Assembly: GCA_051294375.1 (NCBI GenBank)
Contig: CM119266.1
Span: 15,058,835-15,122,834 of the forward strand
DNA: 64,000 nt
Source of the DNA: Paraspadella gotoi
Taxonomy: Eukaryota > Animalia > Chaetognatha
Direction of reading: 5' to 3'
Of the stretch, positions 16,501-28,238 are shown piece after piece. A program made the translations under genes and the position numbers. How positions within the stretch are numbered: the first letter of the stretch is position 1; every line of letters begins with the position of its first letter. The notes beneath the pieces are model-generated. The model was not told the origin of the DNA and ran no database searches. It worked only from the letters and a program-made list of their open reading frames with translations.

Positions 16501-19164
16501 ACTTGGTAATTTTTCTAATAAGTCGTTCACTATATTCTTCCTATTTTTTTTCTCAATCCTCGCAAATATCTATTCTTTTGTCTTTATAATCTTCCAAAAA
16601 CAACCTGTTGACGAGCGACTCGCTGGACTGCCGATGCCGGAAAGAGTTTGGCCGTTGCTTCGTGTCGCGCGTTGGTCCGCATGGAGCTCAGTTTAATGTA
16701 CGTTGGTGTAGTTAATCGCAGGCGTTTGCACTTGACTTGCAACGGGGTTCGAACAGAGCGGGAGTATCTTGAGGCGGCCACTCGTTTGGACTTGTTGCCG
16801 CTACGCGATGTGTTCACCAGCTCAGAGACGTTGAAGTGGCTGTCCCGTCTTGCAAGTGGAGCTGTTTAAGAGGGAAGTGCCGGTTGCAGTTAGTAGAATG
16901 AAGGGTTTGGTCACTTTGTGATTTAACTCACTGAAATGTCTCAAACATTGGTTGACAGAGTGAGCAAGCGAGCCATATCAATACGGTAAATCATTCTACC
17001 TGGAAATTTGGCTCTGAGAGTTTGTCTTGTATTTGCAGAGAATTGCAGTGTAGTTTTCCCTCCGTTGACGGTGAGATTCTCGTGTTCGTTGTGGCCCATC
17101 GATCGAGAGACATGGTGTTGATGCAGGACGTCCACGCTGTTCGCTTGCTCGAACAGGTTGCCATATGCAGCAGTGAACACTTGGCCGGTTTCGTTTTTGT
17201 TGTTGCTCGACGAAGTCGCTGCACCTTAAGTGTAAATGAATATTTTATTTCTTTATATGCTAATAAAATGGAATAAATAATTTATCGTCGATTAACTGGA
17301 ACAAGCAGCTTTCAGAGGCAAACAAGTCCGCCGGCAGTCGGGTAGCGTCGTAAGCCCTCGAGCCAGGTCGCGCTGAGAATCCATGGGGGCGTCGGCGGCC
17401 GCGTGGGGCGAGCTCAGAGCCCGGGGACCCGCGCTGAGTGGCTCAGGCGACGAGGAACGTTCCGGGGCTGCCCGTGGCTGTTGTTGTTGCTGAAGCTGCT
17501 GCAATGTGGTGTTGCTGCAAGCTGAATCTGTTTGCTGGTTGGAGCTGCTGCATCGAAGAAGCGCTTGGGCCTGGTTGTAGGCGGCCATTCGGCAAAGGCC
17601 GGGTTACTGGATCTCATGGGAACGCCCAAAGGCCGCCGCGGCCAAGCATCGGGTTCAAACAATGGGCTCGCGGGCATGAAGGGTTCAATTTGAAAGACCC
17701 TCCTGCAAGTTGCTTGAGTTCTGCTGAAGCACCATACATGTTGTGGGTGTGCTTCTTCCGATGTCATTGGATGCGAAGGGTTTCGAGCCACGTTCCCGTT
17801 TCGTAGTTGCAAAAAGACGTCAAGCGCCAGGTCGGTTTGGGTTTTTGTTCTGTTAGAAGAAGTCAGAAGGTATTTAAAATTTATTTTTTATGAAGGATTT
17901 TTAAGTTAAAAGTTTATCAAGAGTAAATTAAGAACTAATAGATTGCGTTTAAGCAACAGATTTCTTCCTTTACCTGTTGTCGCCTGGCGGCTTTTTCCGG
18001 CGGCGGCGTTTCCGGTTCCATTGTTCAACGCCGGATTGTTCGTTTCGGCGCCCCGGCGCCCTGTTGCGGGAGCGGCGTCCACAGGGCTCAAGTCGTGACC
18101 TCCGTTTTGCAGTTCCTGTTAGACGGATTTATACTTTTTTGTCTTTCGGTAATAAATTGTATTTTTTTCCCTTTTCTTATTTGGTCATTTATCTAGTTTG
18201 GATTATAATTAATTTTGCTAAAAGAATAATTGGCGTTTTTCAAATTAATTCTCTTTAAACATGTAGTAAATAAATTAAGAAAGAATATATGATACTTCTA
18301 TTCAATCATTCGTTAGTTCTATGCTGATATTTCACTTTATTAATTCCTTTTTTTTCTTATTTTCTGTTTTTATTTTTATTCATTTTGTTGTAATTGTAGT
18401 TTTATTTAAATATAGTTATAAAATTATCATTACATTATCAAATTATTATTTGTGTTATTATTTAATAAAAATTTCCAACTTATTTAAAAACGATAAATAA
18501 GGAAAATTCAATTTTTTTTTGTAAACTCTACCACGCACGTGAAAATAATGAAGACGATCAAAGTCGGAATAAAGAAAGAAAAAAAAAGAAATAAAGAAAA
18601 AAAAAGATAAAAAGGAAAGAAAGGGGGAAGAGTGGAAACGAAACAAAGTTGGAAGAGGAAAGAGGAAGAGAAAAAGAAGAAAGAAAAACGAGTTTAAAAC
18701 CTCAGAAATGTTTTTTACCCCCGCGAAACCCTGACGAAACTATTACGGTCGAGATCGCGGCAGTAACAGGTCGTCCGTCGTCGTAGTCGTCGTCGTCGGT
18801 CGTGCATCGTCGGTCCGGTGAAAACACTTTCGAACGATAGACGCTCGAAAAAAAACAAATTGGCGGCAAGGAAAAAAAAAGAGATTGACGCTCGGAAGAT
18901 CTGTGACAAGATGTAGATCGACGGAAGCGAAAGATAGGAGCACGACAACCAGACGGGACGACGACGACGACGACGACGACGACGAATCAGATGATGACCT
19001 TTTGTCGCAGACGGATGACGACGTCGACGACAAAGCAAAGCGACGAAATATAAGCGACAACATACGCAAATTATTATTATTATTATTATTGTTATTATAA
19101 TTTTATTATTATTATAATTATTATTATTATTATTATTTTATATTATTATTAATTATTATTATTA

Positions 19165-19214
<50 letters not shown>

Positions 19215-20896
19215 ATTATTACATGCTGTACTAAATTCTAGTCCATCAGAGTAGTATTTTTTTTTCGTTTTTAAACAAACTATTTTCTTGAAAATAAATA
19301 GGGAAAATATTTCAAGAATAATTTTTGTATACATAACAAAAATATAAACTCCGCCTGCACGTTGTTTGATGTGCTTGTCGGACTGCATGTGAATGGAGAG
19401 ATTGCCCTTGGTCGTGGTGGAGGTAATTGCGATGTCACAACAACCGGTAATGGCTTTTGTAGTCCACAGTGTAGGCCTCGCCCTGGCCAGTTTTTTGGAA
19501 TGTGCTTGGTCCGAGCGAAGGCAATAGACGCATTGGGAGTCCGTTCTCTCTCCGGATGCTTCTTCTCCTTCATGTGGATTTCCCAGCGTCTCCTGGTATT
19601 TTGTAGTGCAGTTGCACTTGGGACACTAAAGCGATCTTGGCAGCTGTTCAGCGAGTGCATCATGGGAATGCCAGGCGGGAGGCCGACCCGTGCAGCTTGC
19701 GGCGCTGGCGGCAGCGGCCGCCGGGGCCAGCGGCCCGAGGATCAAATATCAAATTTAGGACAATCGACGCCCGAGGGTTTCCCTTCGGGGTGAAACGGAG
19801 CAGGCCCAGGTGAGGCAGCGAGAACGGCAGCGACGGGGCGCACGCGCGCGAGGGACCAACGACCCCGCTGAAGGATGGGAGTGGCGGCGGCCCGCGCGCC
19901 GCCGCCTCCTCGCACCGGAAATTCGTTGAAAGTTAGAGTCGTAAGGTTGACGCGCGTTTGAAAGAGACGCCTCCCTCGAGGCGTCGGCCGGCGACGCGAC
20001 GAGGGCGCCGCCCTCCGACGTCGACCGCCATCCGTCGTCCGCGGCGTGGTTCATTCCCGCATACTTGCGAAGCGGCGGCCGCGGAAGCGCGGTGGGCGGG
20101 GCAACGAGCGGTCCGGCCGACGCGGCGAGCTGGAAAAAGAGTCGCTCACGGGTTGTTGTTGTTGTTTCCGTGACGGCGCTGCTGCTGGCTGATGCGCTAG
20201 AAGACAAAACAGAGGAGGATAAAGGCTAAGCCGCCCCTTGACGACGGCTTCGCCCGACGAAGCAATGCTAGCTAAAGGGGAAGATGAAAGTGACGCTACT
20301 ACTCAGACTAGATAAAGATCATTGTTGACGAGGCTGCTACTACCGCTACGCTCCGCTAAACGCTACTACAGTCCGAAGAGGAGTTATCCTTTAGCACCGG
20401 AGGGCGCGACCGCCCGAGATGCCGAGCGCCTTGACCGTCGACGGCCCGTCGGGGCGGCGAGGGGGGAGCTAGACTACTGGGGCGGGAGGCCGGATTCTCT
20501 TTGGCGAGGTTGAAAGCGACGGGGCGAGTAGGCGGAATCGGCGGTGGAAGGGCCGAAGCCGTGAGTCGGGCGTCGGGAAGCGGAGGCCGGGGAAAAAAAA
20601 AACAGAGGCGGGCCCTGGCGAGAGTCGCGTCCCTGTAGCCATAATAAAATATATCTCTTTTATGTCTTTTTCGATATTATCTTTGCCTTCGCACACTTAT
20701 AAAATAATCGTTATGCATTAAGTGAAACGGGAAATATTAATGATCCCGGCAACCTCAATTATGATATCTGTTGATATTATTTTAGCTTATTTTTAAAAAG
20801 GGCTACTTTGTTTTGGTTTGAATATATTTTTTAGTTTTTTTACCCAATCAAATACAAAGTTTTTTTTTTAAATTAAGTATATATATATTATAGTAT

Positions 20897-21146
20897 TGTG
20901 GCGGTATATTCACACCGCTCACGTCCACATCCTCAGCCAATCCATTGGCTTCAGAGCGGGGAACACACCATCCCAGGCGTAGTGTTCCATCACAGTCCTA
21001 ACGACTTCCTCTGCGTTGGCAAGCGAGACCGTCCTAGGGTAACCGCGCCAGTGACTGAGGCGTCACTGAGGGTCGGAAGCCCCAAAAGCCAACAGTGAGA
21101 TGCCCCATCCCAATGGGCATCACAGGCAACCCGCTGTTTGCCCATA
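20897..21146 (+). repeat. 5' LTR of TRIM-like element
   Basis: About 250 bp, near-identical to 21381-21627 apart from small indels. Confidence 0.88.
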
Positions 21147-21380
21147 AGTGGTGAGCCCTACTATCGAACACCGCAACCTTCTCAGGGTACGCACGACAAA
21201 CGCCTATGCCCTGCCGACATTCGGGTTACGCTACGACAAACGCCTTATGCCCCTGGGGTACGCTACGACAAACGCCTATGCCCCCACAACTCGCGCTCTC
21301 TCTCTCTCTCCCCGTATGGAACATTCTTGTCAGACCCTCTCAGGCTTGAGGAACTGAGTGATGTCTTGGCCCGGGGATCC

Positions 21381-21627
21381 TGTGGCGGTATATTCATACC
21401 GCCTCACGTCCACCATCCGTCAGCCAAATCATGTCAGAGGGGGAACACACCATCCCAGGCGTAGTGTTCATCCACATCTAACGACTTCCCTCTGCGTTGG
21501 CAAGCGCGACCGGTCCTAGGGTAACCGCGCCAGTGACTGAGGCGTCACTGAGGGTCGGAAGCCCCCAAAGCCAACAGTGAGATGCCCCATCCCAATGGGC
21601 ATCACAGGCAACCCGGCTGTTGCCATA
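21381..21627 (+). repeat. 3' LTR of TRIM-like element
   Basis: Direct repeat of 20897-21146, followed by the TSD. Confidence 0.88.
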
Positions 21628-23239
21628 GTATCAAATAAAATTTGACGAGACCAATAATAATTTCCGATCAGCATTACTTTGTTCACAATTCTTCACTTTC
21701 CACACTGAATCCCCTTTCCACCGACCAAAAAAACAACCATGCTTCAGCGCTTCACCCACCCACCACAACTACCCGCATCCGTTGGCATCGACGTCTCCAT
21801 CTCCGTTGAGCGCGTTAAGCTCGAGGAATGCATAGAGGCTCCATGGTCTTCCCGAGTCCCTGGATGATGCGGAGACGTTCTTGTTGGCGAGATTGTCCTT
21901 CTCCCTGTCGATGAGCGCATCCGTGTTCGCCGATGGCGTGGCGACGAAGGATCGAGTGTAGCCGAAAGAGAGTTTGCAGATGAAGCACATGAGATCGGCT
22001 TGAGGGCGGGGTAGACGTCGGAGAGCGTCCGACCGCCCGGAATTTTCGGCGGTGCGCCGGTCTCCTTGGCCACGGGGTTTTTGCGCCGCCGGAGAACATC
22101 TCGGTCGAGCGCGGCGGCGTCGGCCTCGGCGTTCTTTTTACGCGGAGAGGCGGGCGAGGCGTCGTTACGCCGTCGATGTTTTCGACGTCCGTCCGTTTCC
22201 GACGGCGGCGGCGCCGGCGGCGGCAGCGTCTCCGGCTGTCGATCCGGAACCGCGAAACGTCGTAGACGCGGTAACTGTGCATGATAGGCGCCTCGGGGCT
22301 GGAGGGGGGGCGGGCGGCGCGGCGGCGGCGCGAAGGCCCTGTCGACGCCGGCGCGCGTCCTCCGTAGACCCCGCCGTAGAGGGCGTAGCTCCGCGAGACG
22401 TGGAAGGCGAGTTCGATCTGCGGGATGGACGGCAGCTGCGGCAACCGCAGCAAGTTGCGCGCTGCGGCTGTCCACAATGCTGCCCTCCTGCCGCAGGGCC
22501 TCGGCATCGTCGTCGGAGGCGCCTCCGATCGCCGGCTTCGATGATGTAGGCGGAGCCGTCGGGGATTGTAAATGATCTTCCCGTCGAAGGTCTCCACGTC
22601 GCTCGGGGCTTCCGAGGCGTCGTCCGGATGCGAATCGTGGAGGCGGCGGCGCACCGGCGGCGGCGAGGCGGCCGGCGGCGACGCCGGGGGAGAATCGTTT
22701 GTTGAAGATCCTCCAGGTCCAGGACGTGCCTAATTTGAAAGAGAGGGTGTGAATGGAACAATTACGATTTTGCATTACATTAATCAATTTAGGTTTTCTC
22801 CTCGCAAATGTCAAAACGTCTGGTCACTATAGTTTCTGTTTATCCCGTGAAGTTGATCAAAGCTCATTAAGTCCATTAAATTCAACATACGCCGTCGTAG
22901 TTTTGACATTAGTTCTCATTTTTTTTTAAAAATTGCAAATCTCATTTAAAAGTAACATTTATTCTCTCTCTTTGAGAACTGCCATTTTTCATACTTAGTT
23001 TATTGAAACAACGATAGAGCGGCCTAATTCGATTAGAGGCGCAATTAGCTGCTTTAACCCATTTTCTCCCTTTTTCCGTCCTGAAAAAAAAACCCGACAT
23101 TGGAGAAAATGTTCGATTAACTGAAAGTGTTGTTTTAATTAGGAATAATCATTCGCGAGCGCGTTTCAATTTCCTCTCTCTCTCTTCTCTCTCTCTCTTT
23201 CTCTCTCTCTCTCGTCTCTCTTCTCTCTCTCTCTCTTCT

Positions 23240-23278
<39 letters not shown>

Positions 23279-25127
23279 GTTTTCAATGTTTCATTACGTT
23301 TTCCTTCGAAATTCCTCTCCTCGTAAATCAATTTCATTAATTCCGAAACACGAGAGTGAGTTAATCAGAAGAATCAAAACAAACTTTTTTTTATCTTTCT
23401 TCTTTCTTTTTTTGACGAATGACGGAACGATGGAAAGGTAAGTTCGAAACGTGTATTTTCTCGGGAAACGACCAGCAATTACTTATTCGATCCGTAATAT
23501 ATAAAGTAATCGATGTCAAGTTTTAAATAGCATACGAGATTTATGCAGGAAACGAACGTCCAAAAAAGTTTTTATGTTAAATTCGGATTTTTTTTTTTTT
23601 AATAAAACGGTTTGGACGGTTGAAACTAAATGAGCTGATAAAGAAAACACTGTTGATTCCAGTCCCGACTGACTTACCTAAAGTCTCTGTTCGTCTGCTG
23701 GCGACGGCGTTGGGCGACGGCGCCGGTCGATCGGTTCTTCGGGGCGCCGGTGGGCGTGGTTTCTTCCGACGGCGTTTGGGGCGGTGGCGTTGGTCGGTGA
23801 AGGCGACGACGGCCGGTTTATGACTGCTTTTGCCACCTGCCGACGCCGTGGAATTGAAGCGCCGGGTGTTGCGGCGGGATGGCGGCGCCGGATGGAGACA
23901 TGGAACTTCGTCCGACGTTGTTGTTGTTGTTATTAACGCCGGTTGTTCGAGATGACGACGGTTGATAATCTTGCTGCTGCGATAGTTTGTACTGTCGTTG
24001 TTGTTGTTGATGATGCTGTTGCTGCTGCTGTTGTTGAATGCAGCATGTGAAGGGTACGGACGACGACGAAGGTTGAGACTGTTGTAGGGGGCGGTGGAGT
24101 GGGAATCGGACAGAGACGACGACGAAGACGACGACGACGGTGAAAGAAACTGTTTATGTCGTTGGTTCTGAGCGCCGGGGCCGCGAGCCCCCGTCCGCGG
24201 CCCACCCCGGCGTTCGCCGGGCGAGGGAAAGTTTCTGTTACAAGGGACGCCGAAGGGCGGCGGAGGCGGCGGCGGCGGGCGGCGCCGCCCGGTTGAATCA
24301 CCCGTAGACGAGTTCGAAAGCATCAACAGCATCGCAGTCCGTTAGGTCAACCCGATCGAAAGCTCCGTTGGTGTTTTGTTGTTGTTGTTGTTGCAATTGT
24401 TGCTGTTTTGCGGCGTCCAGGTGCCGTACTGATTGTTGTTTGCCCACTGAAGTCGTTGTTGACTGCCGGCGTAGAATTCGGTAATTGGTTGTTGTTGTGT
24501 TTGTTGTGTTGTGATGATAGGTTGTTAGTCCAAGCCATTGAAAGTGTTGCCGAAAGGCAGAGGGGAATCGAAGGTTTGGGTTTGAATCCGCACCGACGGA
24601 CGCCGGTGACGCCGGCGCCATCATCGTGGCGTCGGCGCTCGACGTCGCCAGGCGACCCCGCTCCGACGACAGGTCCGACGTCGAACGGGGCCGCTTTTGC
24701 CGCGACGGCTGCTGCTTGCCGCTGCTGCTGCTGAGACCGCGGCGGAAGGCTGCGGGGGATCTCGGTCATGCGCTCCTCCGCCAGAGGTCCATCATCGGTC
24801 TCGCGTCGGTCTAGGCGATCATGCCGACGACGGCGAACGGCGAAGACGACGAAGACGGCGGCCGGAAAATCGGCATCGAGCATCCGGAGGCGGCGATATG
24901 AAGGAAAGTGGGATGAACGGGCGATCGAAAAAAAGACGGAGGCGGCGGGCGGCGGCGGCGACGCGGCGCGCGGAAAGGTGATGATGATGATGTCGTTTGA
25001 AGTAGATGGCGTTGATTCGGTTTTTTGTTCAAGCATACCAAATACCCAAGCATGATTTTTTTTCTGGTTTCGTTGTTACATATTGTCGTAAATTAGATTC
25101 GTGGAAAAAAAAGAAAAAGGAATCCGG

Positions 25128-25213
<86 letters not shown>

Positions 25214-26523
25214 GAGAGGAAGGAACTTATACGGAGAAACGTTGAATCAGGATTTTTATATTCCTAAAAAAAAATGTCAGTTTTGGTTACTTTTTTTTTT
25301 CGTCTTATGAAGTCGTAGCGTTCGGAGAAATAAAAAGAATGCAGGTTTATTGTTTGTCCCGGTTTTATATAAAAGAGGCTTGTTGAATCTTTTATTTATT
25401 TTTTCTTTAGTCGAACATAAAGAGAACCGAAGTCAAAAAAAATCCCAGTCGTTAGCTGAAAAATATAAAGAGGAGAGAAAGAGAGAAATGGATTAAAATT
25501 GGATTGTTTCGATCAAATGTTTTAAAGATAAGCAAACATGTTTCTTAACACGCGCATTCGTCATGTCAACGGTCGCTCATCTCTCACCCCCCCTTTTCCC
25601 ATCCTCCGAACTTACCAAGACACGATGACGAATGTACCCGTAATATCAAAGAGCGTCTGCTAAGAGCGAGCTTTTCTCCTTCGCTACATCAGGTTTGGTT
25701 GCTTGGTAAGGGAATGCCGGAAATTAAGGGGAAGGGAGGGAGAAAATGGGTCGGGCCGCCCCTCCGGGATTGTTTCGGAGGGGGGACGGCGGCGAAAGCG
25801 GCGGCGGCTGCGGCGAAGGCTGCCGGCGATCAGGACGCGATCATGATAAGGATCATCGCCGCTTTATGGTTCGTTTCGGGATTCCGACGACTTCCAAGGT
25901 TTTCTGTGAACGAGAGAAATGAAGAGATTAAATATTTAAAGCGGAACAAAGGCTATTTTTTATCCGCTGAAAAAAAAATATATCGATAAAAAACGGTTTT
26001 TAAGAAAATATTTAGACTTAGAACGACCTTCAATTTAGCGCCAAGAGAAATGGAATTAATCACCGTTAAAAAAATGTTCAGAATATATTAATTTAATATT
26101 GATTCGGTTATATTCAATCCGATCTTTTTTTGTATTTCGGTTATTATTTTTTTTCTTCGCTGAAAAGAGAAAGGAACTTCGCGAGTTATTTTTTTGGCGA
26201 ACGAAAATTGGTTTAATTGAAAAAAAAAATCTGATAAGAAAATGAAGTGAGAGAAGTGAAGGCGACTGTGATTGGAAAATGTGGAAATGCAATAAACCAA
26301 CAATTTAAAGCGGCTGCGTAAACTTAGATCCAAAATTTCTCTTCATTATCACCGAATTTTTTTTTCTTTTTTTGAAATTCTTTTTCTTATTTATCATAAC
26401 CAAAGTTCGATTAGTATATTTGCGTAGGCAGGAGGGGAAGAGGGGTAAGGAAATAAGAAAGGAGAGAAGTAAGGAGGAGAGAGAGAGAGAGGAGAGAGGA
26501 GAGAAAGAGAGGAGAAAGAGAGA

Positions 26524-26562
<39 letters not shown>

Positions 26563-27410
26563 ATCCGATTGTTAACCCCCTCGGGGCCAGGGGCCAAATA
26601 ACGAGAACGATCAAGACGACAACGAACGACGACGACGACGACAACATCGACGACGACGAGAAAAAGATTGATATTTTTTTTTTCTTTAGCGAAATTCTGA
26701 GACACACAGAGAGAAAAAAAAATTTTTTGCCGAGATTAATGAAAATAAATAAAGCAGAAGATTAGGAGAAATACGAATCAAAGAGAAACGGCCTACACTT
26801 GACCAAAACTCGGGGCCAAAAATAAACCGAAATGATTTTTTAGTTGTGAAAAATTAAAAAAAATGTACGCGCCGAGGAGGAAAAAGGTTTTTTGAGAATT
26901 AAAACGCACATAAAAAAAATATTTTAGGAACATTACTCACGAGAAAGAAAAAAAAAAGTTTTAGAAAATTAAATTCGTATATCGAAGATTTTATTTTCCA
27001 ATTTTCCATTTATTTTTTCTCGTTCTTAAGTATTTTTTTTTCCTCCTAATTCTTAGCACGCATTTTTATCATTTCGAATTGTGTTTTCATAAATTTCATT
27101 TTTTTTTTTTTTTTCGATGTCTCGATCCGAAGAGCGATGTCTTTTCTTCTCTCAGGAGTTTTTAAGAGGTCGCTTGAGGATGTGAGACAATTGGTTATTG
27201 CTTAATTAGAATCAATTCCTTAACAGACCTTGCTTTCACAGACCCTACCCCACCACCAAGTGTCCACCGTCCTTCTTCTTATCTTTTCTCACCATCATCG
27301 TTTAAAAAACCGGAAATATCATTCGCCTCTGTCGCGAACAACGAAAGCGCATTCCGAATTGCTCTTGTTTTTACTACGTCGGTAAGGTGTCAGGACTTTG
27401 GCACAGAGAG

Positions 27411-27480
<70 letters not shown>

Positions 27481-28093
27481 GCCACGCAGCGGTGGCTGGA
27501 GTGTTATGTTTCGGTTTAAATATTTTTTTGTTCCCCCCCCATCCGCCTCCCCCGATTTCTTCTTTTATCATCTCTTTTCGTTATCATCGCATCGATTTTC
27601 ACTTTTTTTTGGAAAAGAGACTTGAGTCATTTTTCAGGCGAGTGATAAGCGGAGGCGACGAAGTATGAATTTCAGAGAAGGGAATTAAACGAATCATATT
27701 CCTATTATGTCATTTGGGTAGTAAAATGTATTACTATTATTTCCTAAACTTTAATGAACACTAAATGCGTCAAATTTTATACTCTAAACTCTCTCTAGAT
27801 CCATCTACTTTTTCAATCCGATATTGTGACGTATATATTTTTATCGCCTCTTATCCCTTTTTTTGTTTCAAAACGCGCAATGAATCTCCTAGGGGTTAAT
27901 AATAATCGGCCGCGCGAAAGTCTTCGCCAAGAAACGAAAATTCGATTTTATCGACGATAAACATTTTTTTTTTCTTTTTTGTTCCTATGAGGCGACGGCT
28001 TCGCTCGCCCTTACCGCACCCTTAAGTTCAACACCTCAAGGCGAAAAGCGAATTGTAAACATATCTCGGCCAGAATACAACCGGGGAAAAAAA

Positions 28094-28238
28094 TGGCGGG
28101 AAACGGACTGCGTAGGATTAAAGGGCGCGGCGGACATTCACGAACCCCCCCCCGTCCAAGCGTTCTACCTCACCCTCGACCCATCGAAACCCCAGCCCTT
28201 CCCGGAGCCACCCAGTCGGCGACCCCACCGACGAGGGG
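28094..28238. other. Non-palindromic GC-rich spacer (loop) at the palindrome centre
   Basis: About 145 bp between ...CCGGGGAAAAAAA and TTTTTTTT..CCCCGG, with composition unlike the AT-rich flanks. Confidence 0.85.

Larger units (their letters stand above)
20897..21627 (+). mobile_element. Non-autonomous miniature LTR retrotransposon (TRIM-like) in intron 2 of the mirror gene copy
   Basis: Direct repeats at 20897-21146 and 21381-21627 with ends TGTGGC...GCCATA (near-inverted). TSD is GTAT at 20893-20896/21628-21631, or TAGTAT if the LTRs end at CA. TGGTGAGCCC (PBS-like) follows LTR1. The ~234-bp interior is non-coding. The empty site is in the right arm at ~34936-34939. Confidence 0.88.
16160..24795 (-). 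pseudogene. zfh2: Frameshifted mirror copy of the zfh2/ZFHX gene (probably an error-rich redundant copy rather than a true pseudogene)
   Basis: Minus-strand ORF fragments VETFDGKIIYNP, MCFICKLSFGY and WEIHMKEKKHPE. All exons and introns mirror 31734-39511, with dense 1-bp indels. Confidence 0.85.
12826..28093 (-). repeat. Left arm of ~30-kb inverted duplication (palindrome)
   Basis: Reverse complement of ~28239-42735 along its length. For example, 12860-12900 mirrors 42665-42710 and 28010-28093 mirrors 28239-28335. The arm starts right after a 25-N gap. Confidence 0.97.

Noticed and set aside
20898-21464. Short ORFs inside the LTR element as gag/pol remnants
   Set aside because: No recognisable retroelement motifs; the element appears non-coding.
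16160-24795. Second functional zfh2 paralog, or programmed frameshifting
   Set aside because: Frameshifts are dense, random 1-bp indels that hit conserved fingers and introns alike, which fits read error or decay.
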